Numbered from the whole stretch's first letter, positions 23,525 to 35,625 are shown. The stretch is 63,666 nt of DNA, filler included, from Folioceros fuciformis (GCA_049999805.1; 8 parts of 8 records of this genome joined end to end with filler, not necessarily neighbours in it), one strand, 5' to 3'. The notes: generated by a model not told the origin, from the letters alone. Made by a program: numbers and translations.

Positions 23525-26368
23525 CTAGCTAGATGTGTGATGTTCAACAGAGGAATCCCTACCACTGGACTCGCTATTACAAGGAGGAGGTCTCAAATGC
23601 TCGTCAACACCCCAGGGCACGGTTGGCAAGCTACTACCACGAAAAGAAGAAACGATGGGCTGTAAAAGAATGCGTTGCTGGGAATCTGACAACACTGCTC
23701 CGCCTAGGCCATTAGATGTCCCCGAAGCTCCCCATGTTCCATTGGACATGCCTACATGGCTGGCTCCAGGCACATGCATTGCATGCCCTATCGGTGGGGC
23801 AAAGTACATACCAGAATCCCGGACATGCTGCAAGACCTCCGGTACAGTCACAAGATGTGTTTGGCCCATAGTAGCCGCTGCAGCGGCCGCTAAACCTGCT
23901 AATGCCGCACTCGGATTCGCCAATCCTGTTGCCTTCACTGCGTCCGATGATGCTGGATTGACTCCTGTGAAGGACTCTCTCCGAAACCCTGGCGGCTCTC
24001 CAACCCAAGGAGAATGAATATCAGGTGCGTCGTTGCTGACACTGCTTCGACCCTGGGCAGGACCAGCGGCGGCAGCAGCGGCAACAAACTGGCTTTGTGT
24101 GCGACTCTGCCATTCCGCAATTGCCATCAAAGCATCAACCACTTGGCGGGGGAGCTGTGCTGTTGTCGGCATACTGCCAGCGGACAGCAAGGCACTAGAG
24201 ACACCAAGGTCTGTGGCGGCTCGTCCATTTCTACCAATAACAAGGCCAGTATTTCCTGGACGATCTACGGATCCATTTGAGTTTGCTTCATGTCTCCTCT
24301 CAGCTTCTGCTCCTCCCGAAAGGGACCCAGGTGGGTCAGCCAAGACATTTGTCCTTGCTGGATCCAAAGAGGCAAAGCCCTCATCTCTCTGCATTTCTGC
24401 ATTGAGACGCCGGAGTTGATCAATCTGTGCTGTCACAGGTGGAGGAATGTGAGAAGCTGAGCTTGCAATAGCCTCTGTGGATCCATGACCACCGTGATTC
24501 TCATCAGATTCGCGAGCTTCACGACTTACTCGCTCGGTCATGAGAGCAACAGCTTCCTGTGCACTTTGAGACTCAGATTCCCCACTACCTGTTGCGCCAC
24601 CACCTTGCCCACTTCCTAGCATGCTAGTCCACATCCCTGCATTGTTAGCCAAGACATTTGGCCAGCTTGAATGGCGACTCTCTGTGGAGACCAGAGGCAT
24701 ACCTGCTCGCCCGAAAGAGGTAAGAGAGCAAGGTTCCTTGTAGTTACCAGTGTTAGGCAACGTACCAGCAGACGTCTGGATGCTGCCAAGTGAAGGCGAA
24801 GAGCTACTGCTTACAAAACTTGTACTCTGTGGAGGCCTTTCACCTGAAACATTCCCAACAGCTTGTCGTGGATGTAAGCCAGGCTGCATTGGGGCGCTGG
24901 ACGAAGGCTGAGTAAGCAGAGATTGCCCAAATAGCTTCACATCTCCAGGACGCATGTTTTGAGACAGTAGGCCATCAGAACCTGATGCCACACCGCTCCT
25001 ACTTTGATCCCCATCCTTTCCTAAGCTGGAGCTGACATGCCCTGACAGTTGAACTTCCTCCGCCCTAGGGAGCTGCCGTAAGTGTGGAGCCATACTCCTC
25101 GGATCCACATCAGTCTGGCTGATGTTCAATTCAGCTACACCATGAGAAGGTGGGGCTTGCAGGGCTTCCCTAAGAAGGCTCTGAAGTGGTTGTAATCCAT
25201 GGTGCAGTTGTTGCAACATCTGCTGCTCAACTTGTTGATGCTGGTCAAGGTGGTGAAGCTGAAGCTGTACTGCAGGCTGATGCTGCTGAGAATGCCCTTG
25301 TTGCTTTTGCAGCTGTAACTTTCCTGCCTGATTGAATTGTCCCTGGATTACATGATGAACCCCCTGGTCCTGATGCATTTGCTGAGGAGCTTGCTGAAAA
25401 GGTTGCAAATGAAGTGCTGGATTCTGAGTCTGTTGAAGCGCAACTTGATGTTGAGCATGGTTAAGATACTGCTGCTGGAAAGCCTGAATCTGTTGTTGAG
25501 AAGGCACGATCCCCTGAGGCTGGCTGGACAACTGACCTTGCGGCTGACCCTGGGGAGGAGACTGACCAAGCACAGGCTGAGATTGCGCAGGCTGTGCCAT
25601 CGGAAGCACATGCTGCACATCAAGATTCAAATGTCCAGCTTGGGGTACTCCCATCACTTGAGCAGATTGCTGAATTTGCTGCTTTCTGGCCAGCGCCTGT
25701 GCCGTTGGGTGATGGTGAACGTGTGGTACCTGCTGCTGTAAGAGGGATTGAGATACACCAGCCTGCTGCAGCGCTTGCGGATGCGAGCTCACCATTTGCT
25801 GAGGAAGTTGAGCTGCGGATTGGGAAAGCTGCTGCTGCTGCAAGCTCAAATGAGCCGGCCGTTGCATATGAGAAAATAAAGGATGATAAAGTGGAAACAG
25901 ACCTGACTGTTGAGGAAAGCCACTCGGCAGCATCTGTCTCAAAAGCTTGTGAAGACTGCTCACATTCTCCTCAGCAGACAGTCCACCAGGTCTGCCAAAA
26001 AGTGCATAAGCTAAACTCTCAGCACTTTGAAGGGCACTTGGGATGAGTTTCATACTTGAGTCCTCTGACAAACCTGCACCCTTCTGCTGCAACATCTGAC
26101 CCGCAGAACCTGCATTACTTCCAGTATCAGAATCGTCAGCCTTCCTCTTCCTTCCTCCCCCACCTCGACCACCTAGACCCGTTCCATCAGGTGGCGCGAA
26201 ACCTAGCCTTGCTTTAGAGTTTTGAAAGTAAGTCTTGATCTGAGTCAGAGACTTGGCAGGCAAACTCTCATGCAGACGAGTCCAATCCTTTCCATGCTTG
26301 CGAATTATCTCAGCAAACTTTTCCTTCTCCTCTTGTGTCCATGATGTGGGCTCCCTCCTAGGCCTAGA
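23525..26368 (-). CDS. PWR: 3' part of SANT-domain NCoR-like corepressor (POWERDRESS-like) with long Gln-rich tail; 5' truncated by scaffold end
   Basis: Frame open from the scaffold edge. SANT domain RREPTSWTQEEKEKFAEIIRKHGKDWTRLHESLPAKSLTQIKTYFQNSKARLG; motif GDVKLFGQSL like PWR GDVKLFGKIL; ~947 uninterrupted codons. Confidence 0.75.
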   Translation of the reverse strand, partial: SRPRREPTSWTQEEKEKFAEIIRKHGKDWTRLHESLPAKSLTQIKTYFQNSKARLGFAPPDGTGLGGRGGGGRKRKADDSDTGSNAGSAGQMLQQKGAGLSEDSSMKLIPSALQSAESLAYALFGRPGGLSAEENVSSLHKLLRQMLPSGFPQQSGLFPLYHPLFSHMQRPAHLSLQQQQLSQSAAQLPQQMVSSHPQALQQAGVSQSLLQQQVPHVHHHPTAQALARKQQIQQSAQVMGVPQAGHLNLDVQHVLPMAQPAQSQPVLGQSPPQGQPQGQLSSQPQGIVPSQQQIQAFQQQYLNHAQHQVALQQTQNPALHLQPFQQAPQQMHQDQGVHHVIQGQFNQAGKLQLQKQQGHSQQHQPAVQLQLHHLDQHQQVEQQMLQQLHHGLQPLQSLLREALQAPPSHGVAELNISQTDVDPRSMAPHLRQLPRAEEVQLSGHVSSSLGKDGDQSRSGVASGSDGLLSQNMRPGDVKLFGQSLLTQPSSSAPMQPGLHPRQAVGNVSGERPPQSTSFVSSSSSPSLGSIQTSAGTLPNTGNYKEPCSLTSFGRAGMPLVSTESRHSSWPNVLANNAGMWTSMLGSGQGGGATGSGESESQSAQEAVALMTERVSREARESDENHGGHGSTEAIASSASHIPPPVTAQIDQLRRLNAEMQRDEGFASLDPARTNVLADPPGSLSGGAEAERRHEANSNGSVDRPGNTGLVIGRNGRAATDLGVSSALLSAGSMPTTAQLPRQVVDALMAIAEWQSRTQSQFVAAAAAAGPAQGRSSVSNDAPDIHSPWVGEPPGFRRESFTGVNPASSDAVKATGLANPSAALAGLAAAAAATMGQTHLVTVPEVLQHVRDSGMYFAPPIGHAMHVPGASHVGMSNGTWGASGTSNGLGGAVLSDSQQRILLQPIVSSFRGSSLPTVPWGVDEHLRPPPCNSESSGRDSSVEHHTSS

Positions 26369-26528
26369 CNNNNNNNNNNNNNNNNNNNNNNNNNNNNNNN
26401 NNNNNNNNNNNNNTTAATTAATTAANNNNNNNNNNNNNNNNNNNNNNNNNNNNNNNNNNNNNNNNNNNNATGTATATATTATACTTATGCAGTCTCGCTG
26501 CACCTGACCTCAGAATAATTTCTAAAGA

Positions 26529-26686
26529 GCTCTGATACCATGAAAAACTTGTGGAAGCATATTTTACAAAGACAACATTTAATTGAGAAATAAGAGTTTA
26601 AGTAGCAAAATTGTAAGGTGTTGGTTGGTTAGTTAACCTAACCCTAAATTGCATATTTAATCATGTTAGGGTTTTTACACCCAACA
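26529..26686 (-). mobile_element. Short (146-bp) 5' LTR plus tRNA-iMet PBS, inserted in a copia RT
   Basis: Minus strand reads TGTTGGG (26686)...TTTTTCA (26541), immediately followed by TGGTATCAGAGC (26540-26529). Confidence 0.75.
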
Positions 26687-29600
26687 AGTAATTTGGCAAG
26701 GAATGGAACAAGGATATACATGACAAACTTATCAAATATGGCTTTATACAAAGCAAAGTTGATGCAAGTATGTATATCTTAAAGTCCAAACATCATATAC
26801 TTTACCTATTACATTATGTGGATGACTTATTCTTAGCATCATCTTCACACTGCCACCTAGCTGAAATCAAAGCTTGGTTAAGAAGTCGCTATGAAATGAC
26901 AGACTTGGGAGAGTTGACCTATGCCTTTGGTGTCAATATTATAAGGGATAGAGATAATAAAACCATCAGCCTAGTTCAGACCAAATACATAAAAGAAAGT
27001 TTAGCCAAGTTTGGACTTGAAGATGCTAAACTTGTTGTCACACCATTTCCTACTGGCACTTGGCTCACTTCATATATGAGCCCTAAGAAAAATGTTAAGA
27101 AAGAAGAAGTGTTAGAAGTACCATATAGACATGTTGTTGGTACCTTAATATATTTATGCAACTTCACTAGACTGACATATCTTTTGAAGTTAGTGTAGTG
27201 TGGAGTCCACATGGTAAATGGATCCCCTGAAAATTGGTCTTGTTTGTTTTTTTTTTTTTTGAGTTTTGGTTGAATTCTATGAGGAAGTAGTTAGGAAATT
27301 AGGCTAGGAAGGTCGGTCAGGAGCTAGGTAGTAGTGGTGGGCAAAAGGTGAACGGCTAGATTGTTCCATGGGTCGGGTGTGCGTAGAACTCTAGGGATGT
27401 GCGTTTGAAGGCAAGCCGGGGTTTTCTTGGGAGTGTACGGGTGGCCGGATTGATCTGTGTGGCCGACGATAGGACTGGTTGCTGGACCTGCGCATTAGGG
27501 TCAGAGCCCCGCTTAGGAATGGCTGGGCGTAGATGTGCAGGGCTCCAAGCCTGCCGTAGGAGCTGAGCAGTAGTGGTGGGGGTACAGAGCAGCACAGGCT
27601 TAGGAGGGAGCGGGTGGTTGGGCGACAACGGCGAGGCCAGCCGAGGCAAGGCGGAGGGACTTCGTTGTTAGAATAGCCCATACTGGAGGATTCCTGCTCA
27701 AGAGATGGAGAGAAGGAGCCTGCGGTGTGGCGGGATGAGTAAGGAGCTTTGGGTTCTTGATTTGACGGGGATGGTGATCGTGGGTGCCCTGTTCATGCGG
27801 GAAAAGGGTGCCTACCAGTTGTATGCAAGCGTGGACAATGTGCTGGGATCACTGCGGGATTTGCAGCTAAAGTGGATCGGGAAGCCGACACCTCTGCCTG
27901 TGCATCGCTTGAGCCTGTGCCTGTAGTGTCGGTGCCTTTGCTCCAAGCTGGCTTCTACCTTGCATCAGCAGTAACAACAAACGGGCTTGGCGATGGTCTC
28001 GCCTTGGCCAGGTCGGAGCCTACGGGAGCAGGTGAGATGGCTCATTCATGGCGGCATGCTGTCTTCTCTCCTACATGCTTGTCCCGCTTTGTGCTCTTGC
28101 TGCTCTGGCTCATGCATGCTAGCTCCATTTTCCATTGATGGGAGCTTGAGGAAGGCCGCAGTTTGAGCCCCGTGTGGATATGCCGGAGCACATCAGTCCC
28201 TCCCTCCGACCTTTGGCCAAGGTGCAAGGGGTAGATCGGTGGCTGGCCGGGGTAGATCGGTGGCTGGCCGGGGTAGATCTGAGCCAAGTCGGGCGGAGCC
28301 AGGTTGGAGCTAGGATCCACGCCGATGGTCTGGCTGGCTAGTCAGTAGCAAGCAGACGGTTGCGCAGGCCAAGGGCGAGGGGCCATATGGGTTGGCCGGA
28401 TCGGCAAGTAGGCGGGCGATTCGATTGGGGATGGAATTGCGGGGAGACTCGGGAAAATCCAGGAAACTCTTGTTTGTGTGCTTGTGTTTTTGGTGCCGAT
28501 TAGGAAGGCTGAATCGTAGTTGCACAGACAAGCGGACTGGTTGGCAAGGAGGCAAGGAGGCCAGGCTAGATCGCGGGAGGCTGGCAAACAAGCAGGCATG
28601 AAGGTGGCGCTTGCGGGATCAAGTTCAGGCTGAGAGTGGGGACCTCTATAGGCAGCTCCACGCTGTGTTTGTGAACCACAACAGGATAGTTGTGGAGAGG
28701 CCAGAATACGGCTTTGCCATCTACTTCTTGGAGTGGGTGCAGACCATACCCTACACATGACAAGTGAAATTGCTGGTCACTGTGTTGGGTTATGCATGCA
28801 TGGGGCGAGCAGCACTGATGGAGAAAAGCCGCTGGTGGTTGGTGAACACTTGTTTGAGGACCACGTTGTCATATTGGAGGGCTATGGGTGGACAAGAGGC
28901 AGTGGCATTGGAACATTGCTAAACTTCTACGATCATGTTGTACATGATTACCATTGGGGGAAGGTGGAGTAATAGCAAGGGATTTTGTTATGACTATGCC
29001 CCAGCTGGACGAGGATTTGTTGAGGATGCTATTGATGATTTTGTAGGGGGTAACCAATAATGAGTTTGATGATTATGTAGGGAGTAACTAGTAATGAGTC
29101 TTTTGGTGTGATTCCCCTTGTCGCTTGTGTGCGAGCTGCAGGATTAGGATGCTAATATGGCATGAGAGTGCACCCTAGGCTTGATCCCCTTGCCACTTGG
29201 GGGACGTGGTGGATCCCTAGGCCACCAAGATCTGTGTGGCTACATCTGTAGTTGCTCACATTTTTTGTATGCTGGCTGAGGTGCCTTGTCGTTCCTAGGT
29301 GGGTATCCAAGGTAAGTGTTGCCGGGTTGTGAGCCAAGGAGGCTATCCAGCCCAAGACTTCACAACTTTGCCTTAAGTCTGCAAGTAGGGGAGGCTGCTG
29401 TGTTGCAAATTCTAGGGTTGGAGAGTTGTGGTGCACATTTCAGGGTGCTGAAGATTGAAGATTGGAGCTGAGGTTGAAGATTGGAGCGGGAGATTGGAGA
29501 TTGGCATTGCATTAGGGTAGGTGTTTCTTTTTCAGCTACTGAGGTAGCTGGTGCTAGGAATAAACCTACAGAGCTAGATCTAATTGTTGTAGTTGTTGTT

Positions 29601-30109
29601 AGGTATAGGTAGAGGCTGATAGGTAGGATCCTATTAGTGCGTTAGGGTGGTTTAGTTAACTACCTTGGCACGAGATCACTCCCTTGGGAACAGATCTCAA
29701 GATTGCAACAAAACTAAGGGCTAATGTGAACCTTTGGGTGACTCTTGGGTTGAAAGAGTCACTCCACATGCAGTCTTACAATATTTGGAGAATCCTAGAA
29801 GACAATATTGGCAATGCGTCAAATGGATATTCAGATATCTCAGAGGGGCTATGCATACAGGATTGATACATAAGCATACACCCCACATATCCAAGTTAAA
29901 CTTAAGAGCCTATGCTAATGCTGATTATGCTCGAGACCCAGATAGCCGTACATCTATATCTGGCTACGTCTTACAACTCAGAGGAGCTCCAATCACATGG
30001 TAAAGTAAGAAACAACCAACTATTGCTTTGTCAAGCACCGAGTCAAAGTATAGGGTCCTAACCTCAGTCTCCAAAGATATAGTTTGGAGTAGGTTAGCAT
30101 TGAGAGCGC
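26687..30109 (+). mobile_element. Ty1/copia RT-RNase H remnant split by nested insertions
   Basis: GFIQSKVDASMY, LHYVDD, EMTDLGEL, VPYRHVVG (26687-27198). Resumes as AVLQYLENP, YANADYA, KKQPTIALSSTESKY (29769-30109). Confidence 0.92.
27199..29768 (-). mobile_element. 2570-bp solo LTR-like insertion with 5-bp TSD
   Basis: Termini TGTGGAGT...ACTCCACA; TSD TGTAG (27194-98)/TGCAG (29769-73). Removal restores RT reading EVSAVLQ. Orientation is assigned from homology with the copy at 50721. Confidence 0.85.
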
Positions 30110-30785
30110 TGTGGAGGCAAAACCCCGGGCACTGATTGCCAACGGGTTCCACCTTTAGTGGCCACACTTATCCCACTGTCGTTGAGACTTTGGGTTTCGT
30201 TCCCACGAAGGAGCGATGGGGTTCCTTGCTGCTGTGGATGGAGGGTCGGACTTGATCGACTCGATGATGGATTCGAGGGCTCCCCTCCAGCTCCGATCAG
30301 GCGTAGGACATGCCTCGCTGTCCGGTGGTCAGCTGCACCTCTCTCGGTGCCCACAAACTCACTCCAGTCACTACAACGACTCTAACCTCTCAGATCTACG
30401 ACTTCCCTCACTCCAGCACCAACACCAGCAACTAGCAAAGACACCACTACCTTCTACACTTCCCTACTGACCCCTTCTACCCGGCAAGAGTCACTAGACT
30501 AACCCCAAAGAAAAGAAAGAAGGGAACACACTCCCCTCTTGGATATCTCCCCCCTACAACCTTACCAGACGCCATGAAACATGGCCGGCCTACAACACTT
30601 GTCCAAGCAAGGAACAAGAGTGGACAGGTCAAGAGAAAGACACATCCTTTACAATCAAGAGCTAGGGGCAAGCCCCTTTACCCTGGTCATTACACCTTGT
30701 GATCCTACCAGACACTATACAACCGGCAACACGCTGCACGCGATCCTACCAGACACTGTACAGCCGGCAACACGCGGCTTGCGAT
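30110..30785 (+). mobile_element. LTR (TGTGGAGGCAAAACCCCGGG family), truncated by scaffold end
   Basis: Begins TG where RNase H is interrupted. Highly similar to the reverse complement of ~61230-61896 and to 60572-60643. Confidence 0.85.
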
Positions 30786-30999
30786 NNNNNNNNNNNNNNN
30801 NNNNNNNNNNNNNNNNNNNNNNNNNNNNNTTAATTAATTAANNNNNNNNNNNNNNNNNNNNNNNNNNNNNNNNNNNNNNNNNNNNCCCTAAACGCGCCGG
30901 CGGACAACTCAAAGATTTAGAGCAATTTATTACTATTTATTTATTATCAACATTATAAAATTCCGCTTACTCCAAAAAAAAGCAAGATGTTCTCCCTAC

Positions 31000-32450
31000 A
31001 ACCAACCAATAATGCTTGCACTCCAATTTTATACTTCAGGATTTGGTATTCTCACAAATTGATGACATTGGATGACTTGGGTTTAGTATTCTTTCTTCCT
31101 ATTTTGTACGGCAACTACATTATCTCATTACAACTATTACATCGTCTCTAGTTTTTGAATCAAGTGTCAGGAAGTTCAACATTCAAGTTATGTAGGCTGT
31201 TAGGGACATCATAGGTCTCCGCACCTTTGAATGTATAGTTGGTGTTTTGACTCGAAAGCAGGCTCCCTTTACCAATTCTCTTCAAAGGGGTTGGCCTTTT
31301 GGCCATGCAAGCCTTTGCCCCAAGTGTCTTACTCGGTAGCTGAATTATCTTGGCTCCAATTTTAGCCTCTCTTTTTTTGCTCTAAGATTCCTCTCTTCTT
31401 CAAAGTTTTATCTTTGGCATTGAGAAGGGTGTTTTTTTTTACAAATATCTCTTAAGCAAGCGACGAACTTCTTACTGGTAGAGGCTCGTGANNNNNNNNN
31501 NNNNNNNNNNNNNNNNNNNNNNNNNNNNNNNNNNNNNNNNNNNNNNNNNNNNNNNNNNNNNNNNNNNNNNNNNNNNNNNNNNNNNNNNNNNACCTTCTTT
31601 TCTAAGGAAGGGTTGATGGGTCTCCAAGCCTTCCTCTTGGAAAAGCAATATGGCCAAGCATTAAGAGCTCTTCTTTCAGACTCATCCATCCCTAGGTCTT
31701 CTTGGGCTCGTATTCGCTCTTGTTCGCTCTTGTTTAGGTAAAAGAGCAGACTCTTGGCTTTTGGCTCAACCTTACGTCCAGGCGTTTCAAATCACACCAG
31801 TAACTTTTGCCACCATAGTGAAATTTTGCTTAGGTTTGGCCAACCCCTTGGCTTTTTCTCTCTATATATCTGGCAAGTTGTCTCGTTGGGGAGCACAGCA
31901 TTGCAACCACGATTCACTTTAAGATGTCATGTTCTCAATGGCTAGGGAGTGTGAGTTTCTTCTATGCAAGGAGCATCCATGTGGTTTGACCCTTTTTTTT
32001 TTTTTTTTTTCACTAGGGGGGAATAGGTTTGTGTTATTGATGTGGTTGTTACATATCCTACTAGAAATTGAATTTGTGAGCACTTCGTCATAAATCCATG
32101 TGGATGGATGATGGAGGGTTGTGTAAGTGCTAAAGTCCATAAGTATTCTCCCTTGCAAGACGGCCATATTTTCATCCCACTTACTCTTACTTATGGGGCC
32201 ATGGGCAAGGTCTTTTCAAGGTTCATTAAGGAGTGAGCCAAGGTTTATTAGAGTCATAGGAATGGTGTTCTCCCTCTTTCCTTTGTGATGGCCTTCTTTA
32301 AACAATGCTTATCTATTGCTTTGCAAAGAGCATTGGTGAACGTGATTTTTAAAAGAATAACAAGTGTAGGTCAAGTGGCTATTTCGGCACTGGTAGCAGG
32401 TAGCCCTTTTGTTATTCCACATCACGACTTTTTGGGAGCACTAGGTAATT
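31000..32450 (+). mobile_element. Degenerate non-LTR retrotransposon of the restriction-like-endonuclease (CRE-like) type, 3' half
   Basis: LPILFKGVGLLAMQAFAPSVLLGS, SWARIRSC, zinc-knuckle remnants, FIPLTLTYGAMGK, LSIALQRALV (typical RLE-element C-terminus). Many stops. Confidence 0.55.
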
Positions 32451-32494
32451 TTTTAGAATGATGTTCAAAGGGGGCAAGTACCCTTTTGACCTTT

Positions 32495-32920
32495 TACTCG
32501 GGCTGTTTCTTCGAAGGCCCTACTCGTGTTGTTCCTCCAAGGGCTTTGCTCAGGTCGGGTGGGTTGTTCCTCTAAATGGACTGCTCGGGTTATTCCTCCA
32601 AAGGCTTCGCTCAGGTCAGGTTGTTTCTCCAAAGGGACTACTTGGATTGCTGCTCCAAAGGCCCTGCTTGGGTTATTTCTCCAAAGGCATCGCTCAAGTG
32701 AGGTTGTTCCTCCAGAGGGACTACTTGGATTGCTGCTCCAAAGGCCCTACTTGAGTTATTCCTCCAAAGGCTTTGCTCAGGTCAAGTTGTTCCTCAAGAG
32801 GGACTACTTGGATTGCTGCTCCGAAGGCCCTGGGTTGTTCCTCCAAAGGGACTGCTCGGGTTCCTCCAAAGGCCCTACTTGGGTTGTTCCTCCAAAGGCC
32901 AAAAGGGTTGTTCCTTCATA
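32495..32920. repeat. Degenerate satellite of ~25-30-bp subunits with core GGTTGTTCCTCCAAAGG
   Basis: More than a dozen cores, with an approximate three-subunit (~82 bp) higher-order period. Confidence 0.85.
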
Positions 32921-32989
32921 GGGTGGATAAAGAGGTCTGTTCAATAATAAAAAGTGTTGAGAGATAGATTTACATATTTCATAGTATAG

Positions 32990-33775
32990 ATAAGAAGATC
33001 CCACTTCCTTTCACAGCANNNNNNNNNNNNNNNNNNNNNNNNNNNNNNNNNNNNNNNNNNNNNNNNNNNNNNNNNNNNNNNNNNNNNNNNNNNNNNNNNN
33101 NNNNNNNNNNNNNNNNNNCCACTTCCTTTCACAGCATACCATAAGAAGATCCCACTTCCTTTCACAGCATACCATAAGAAGATCCCACTTCCTTTCACGG
33201 CATACCATAAGAAGATCCCACTTCCTTTCTTATTCCAGATTGCGTGCCTTCATTGTCATTGACCCAATTTGTCTCCCTTCTTAGTCCTGATTACGTGCCT
33301 TAATTGTCATTGACCCAATTTGTCTCCCTTCTTAGTCCTGATTACGTGCCTTAATTGTCATTGACCCAATTTGTCTCCGTTCTTAGTCCTGATTACAGGC
33401 CATTCATTGTCATTGACCCAATTTGTCTCCCGTACATATGACGCACACTCCTCACTTCCAACCATGCTCATGTGGGTGACGTTTAGATGATGTNNNNNNN
33501 NNNNNNNNNNNNNNNNNNNNNNNNNNNNNNNNNNNNNNNNNNNNNNNNNNNNNNNNNNNNNNNNNNNNNNNNNNNNNNNNNNNNNNNNNNNNNCTTCCAA
33601 CCATGCTCATGTGGGTGACGTTTAGATGATGTGTTTGAGACATGCACTGCCAGCAATCCGCCCGGGTTTGCTCGACGCTCCAAAGAGTGCAGATGTGTCA
33701 CTCAAACCAAAGAGTGCAGATGTTTCACTCAAACCAGAGAGTGCAGATGTTTCACTCAAACCAAAGAGTGCAGAT
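32990..33775. repeat. Train of unrelated minisatellites: 33-bp (32990-33229), 51-bp (33238-33431), 27-bp (33680-33775)
   Basis: Units read directly, e.g. ACAGCATACCATAAGAAGATCCCACTTCCTTTC and CCAAAGAGTGCAGATGTTTCACTCAAA. Two N gaps inside. Confidence 0.9.
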
Positions 33776-33893
33776 AGCTTACTCAACTTCAAAGAGAGCA
33801 GGTATTTTGCTCAACCCACTGCACGGCACCCACGCATTTAGCGCCACGACAGTTAGTAACGGAAGGAACACGTGCACATTTCGTAAGCTGTTG

Positions 33894-35625
33894 TCATTCT
33901 TTCAGAATGTGTGTCACAGTGTGTGAGTGAAGACCCTTTTCCTGCACACCTATTTTCCTCCAGTCGGGAACTATATCCCAAGTGTAGCGCCCCAAACTAC
34001 CTGCTCTGTACAGCTGCAAAAGCTCTTGTGCTACACGTGGTGAGCCATCTACCAATGCAGGCGGGATTTTCAACAGGCTTGACAAGGCCTTCATTTGCTC
34101 GTCCACCAAGCTTTCCATCTCTTGCACATCACTGAGGTTTCCATTGAATGACCGATATGTTGCAGCTAGGGTGTGCCGAACATCGGATACCCTGCTAGGC
34201 AGAACCTGCGTACATGACCATACATGTCAAATATTACGGTAACATGACAGACGAAAGTTTCCAGGCCCCCACACCGACTGGAAGAGAAGGGTCATGCCTT
34301 GGGGCCGTCAGGTTGCTCAGCATTCCCATCGAGCTTCCAGCTCGAGTAGACGTCACGTGCATTCAGAAGCGAGAGCAAGAACCTAGCAATCCGCTCCTCT
34401 CCTACCACAGAGTCTTTTACGGCTCCTGAAGAGCAAGCAGCAACATCAGCCACCATAGTTTCAAGTGGTTCAAATGATAGCACCGAGCCTGTAGGGGGTG
34501 GGGAGGCAATACCAGTCAACGACAGCTTCAACCCTGTCTCAACATCACGGATTTTTGGAACCAGCACTCCAGGTGTGTCAAGCGCATAGATGCTTGGATG
34601 TCTCCCAACCTGGCACAACAAATGTTATCCACCATCCGATTGCCAGTAGGCAACCCCTCACCTCAGGCTCGAAGATCATGACATGTGTCAAATGCTGGTA
34701 ATGACATATCGAAGACCTGGAAGCCTGATATATGTCGGGTGACTCCGGGCAGAGGTCCAACTTTTGCTTTCTTCAAATGCTCCTGCGCTAGACAACACCA
34801 CTCTAAGATAGTTCACCCTACGATAGATAAAGCTTGGGCCAAAAGTTCCAATAAACTCTCCTGACACTATGTGTAAAAATCAGCCCTGGCAGCAAACAGT
34901 ACCTGGAAACCCCGACCTTGTAAGCTGATACATCTTATTCAGAATAGCTGACTTGCCGACGTTGGGGAGCCCTAGCAACATCAGCAGCAAGGTGGGCTCT
35001 TTCACTAGCTTCTCTTTTAACCAGTCCCTGGCGGTATCCAATAGCTGCATGCATCCTAACAACAGTGAACTATCCATCACGAGCGAGATAGCAAAGATTC
35101 TCACACAGGACACACGTAGTAAGCCACAGAGCACTAAGTACCTTCTGCACGGATTTAGTTGAATTCGCATTCACGAAAACGTAACGACATCCACATGCTT
35201 CGAAGTACTCGCCCCATTTCTGCAAATGAGAACCAAGTCGGCAACGCCTGATGCTAGCAACAGAGGACCCAGCAACTCCATCTTACCCACTCACCAGCAT
35301 TATGTTCGGATTCGCAAGATCCATCTTGTTCAACACGATAAGCCTTTTCCTCCTCGACAACATTTCCTGCAGCTCGACGTTGGAGGATGACAAAGGAATC
35401 TGCCAGTTCCAAAAGACCGCAGAGTAAGACCAAGAAGACGGTCAGTGGCGTGGGGCAGGCATGACATACCCTTGCGTCACGAACTTCAATAACTAGGTCA
35501 ACGTTCTTGAGGTGCTGTCTGATGACCCGAGAAGCTGAAGCCATGTGACCCGGATACCAGTTGATGGCCATCTCGGCTGCCTTCCCGACGAAGCCATGGA
35601 GGCCCTTAGCGTTGCCGACAACCAT
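33894..35625 (-). CDS. YlqF/RbgA-family circularly permuted DAR GTPase (SIN2/DGP2-like), multi-exon
   Basis: INWYPGHMA, DLVIEVRDAR, LNKMDL (G4), GLPNVGKSAIL (G1), DTPGVLVP (G3), GAVKDSVVGEERIA, LYRAGSLGRYTWD. Short GT-AG introns. Exact start and last exon are approximate. Confidence 0.9.

Noticed and set aside
30886..30892. Telomere (CCCTAAA) at scaffold start
   Set aside because: Single unit only.
32495..32920. CRISPR-like repeat/spacer pattern
   Set aside because: Spacers are only ~10 bp and themselves recur; repeats are degenerate; no cas genes; eukaryotic context.
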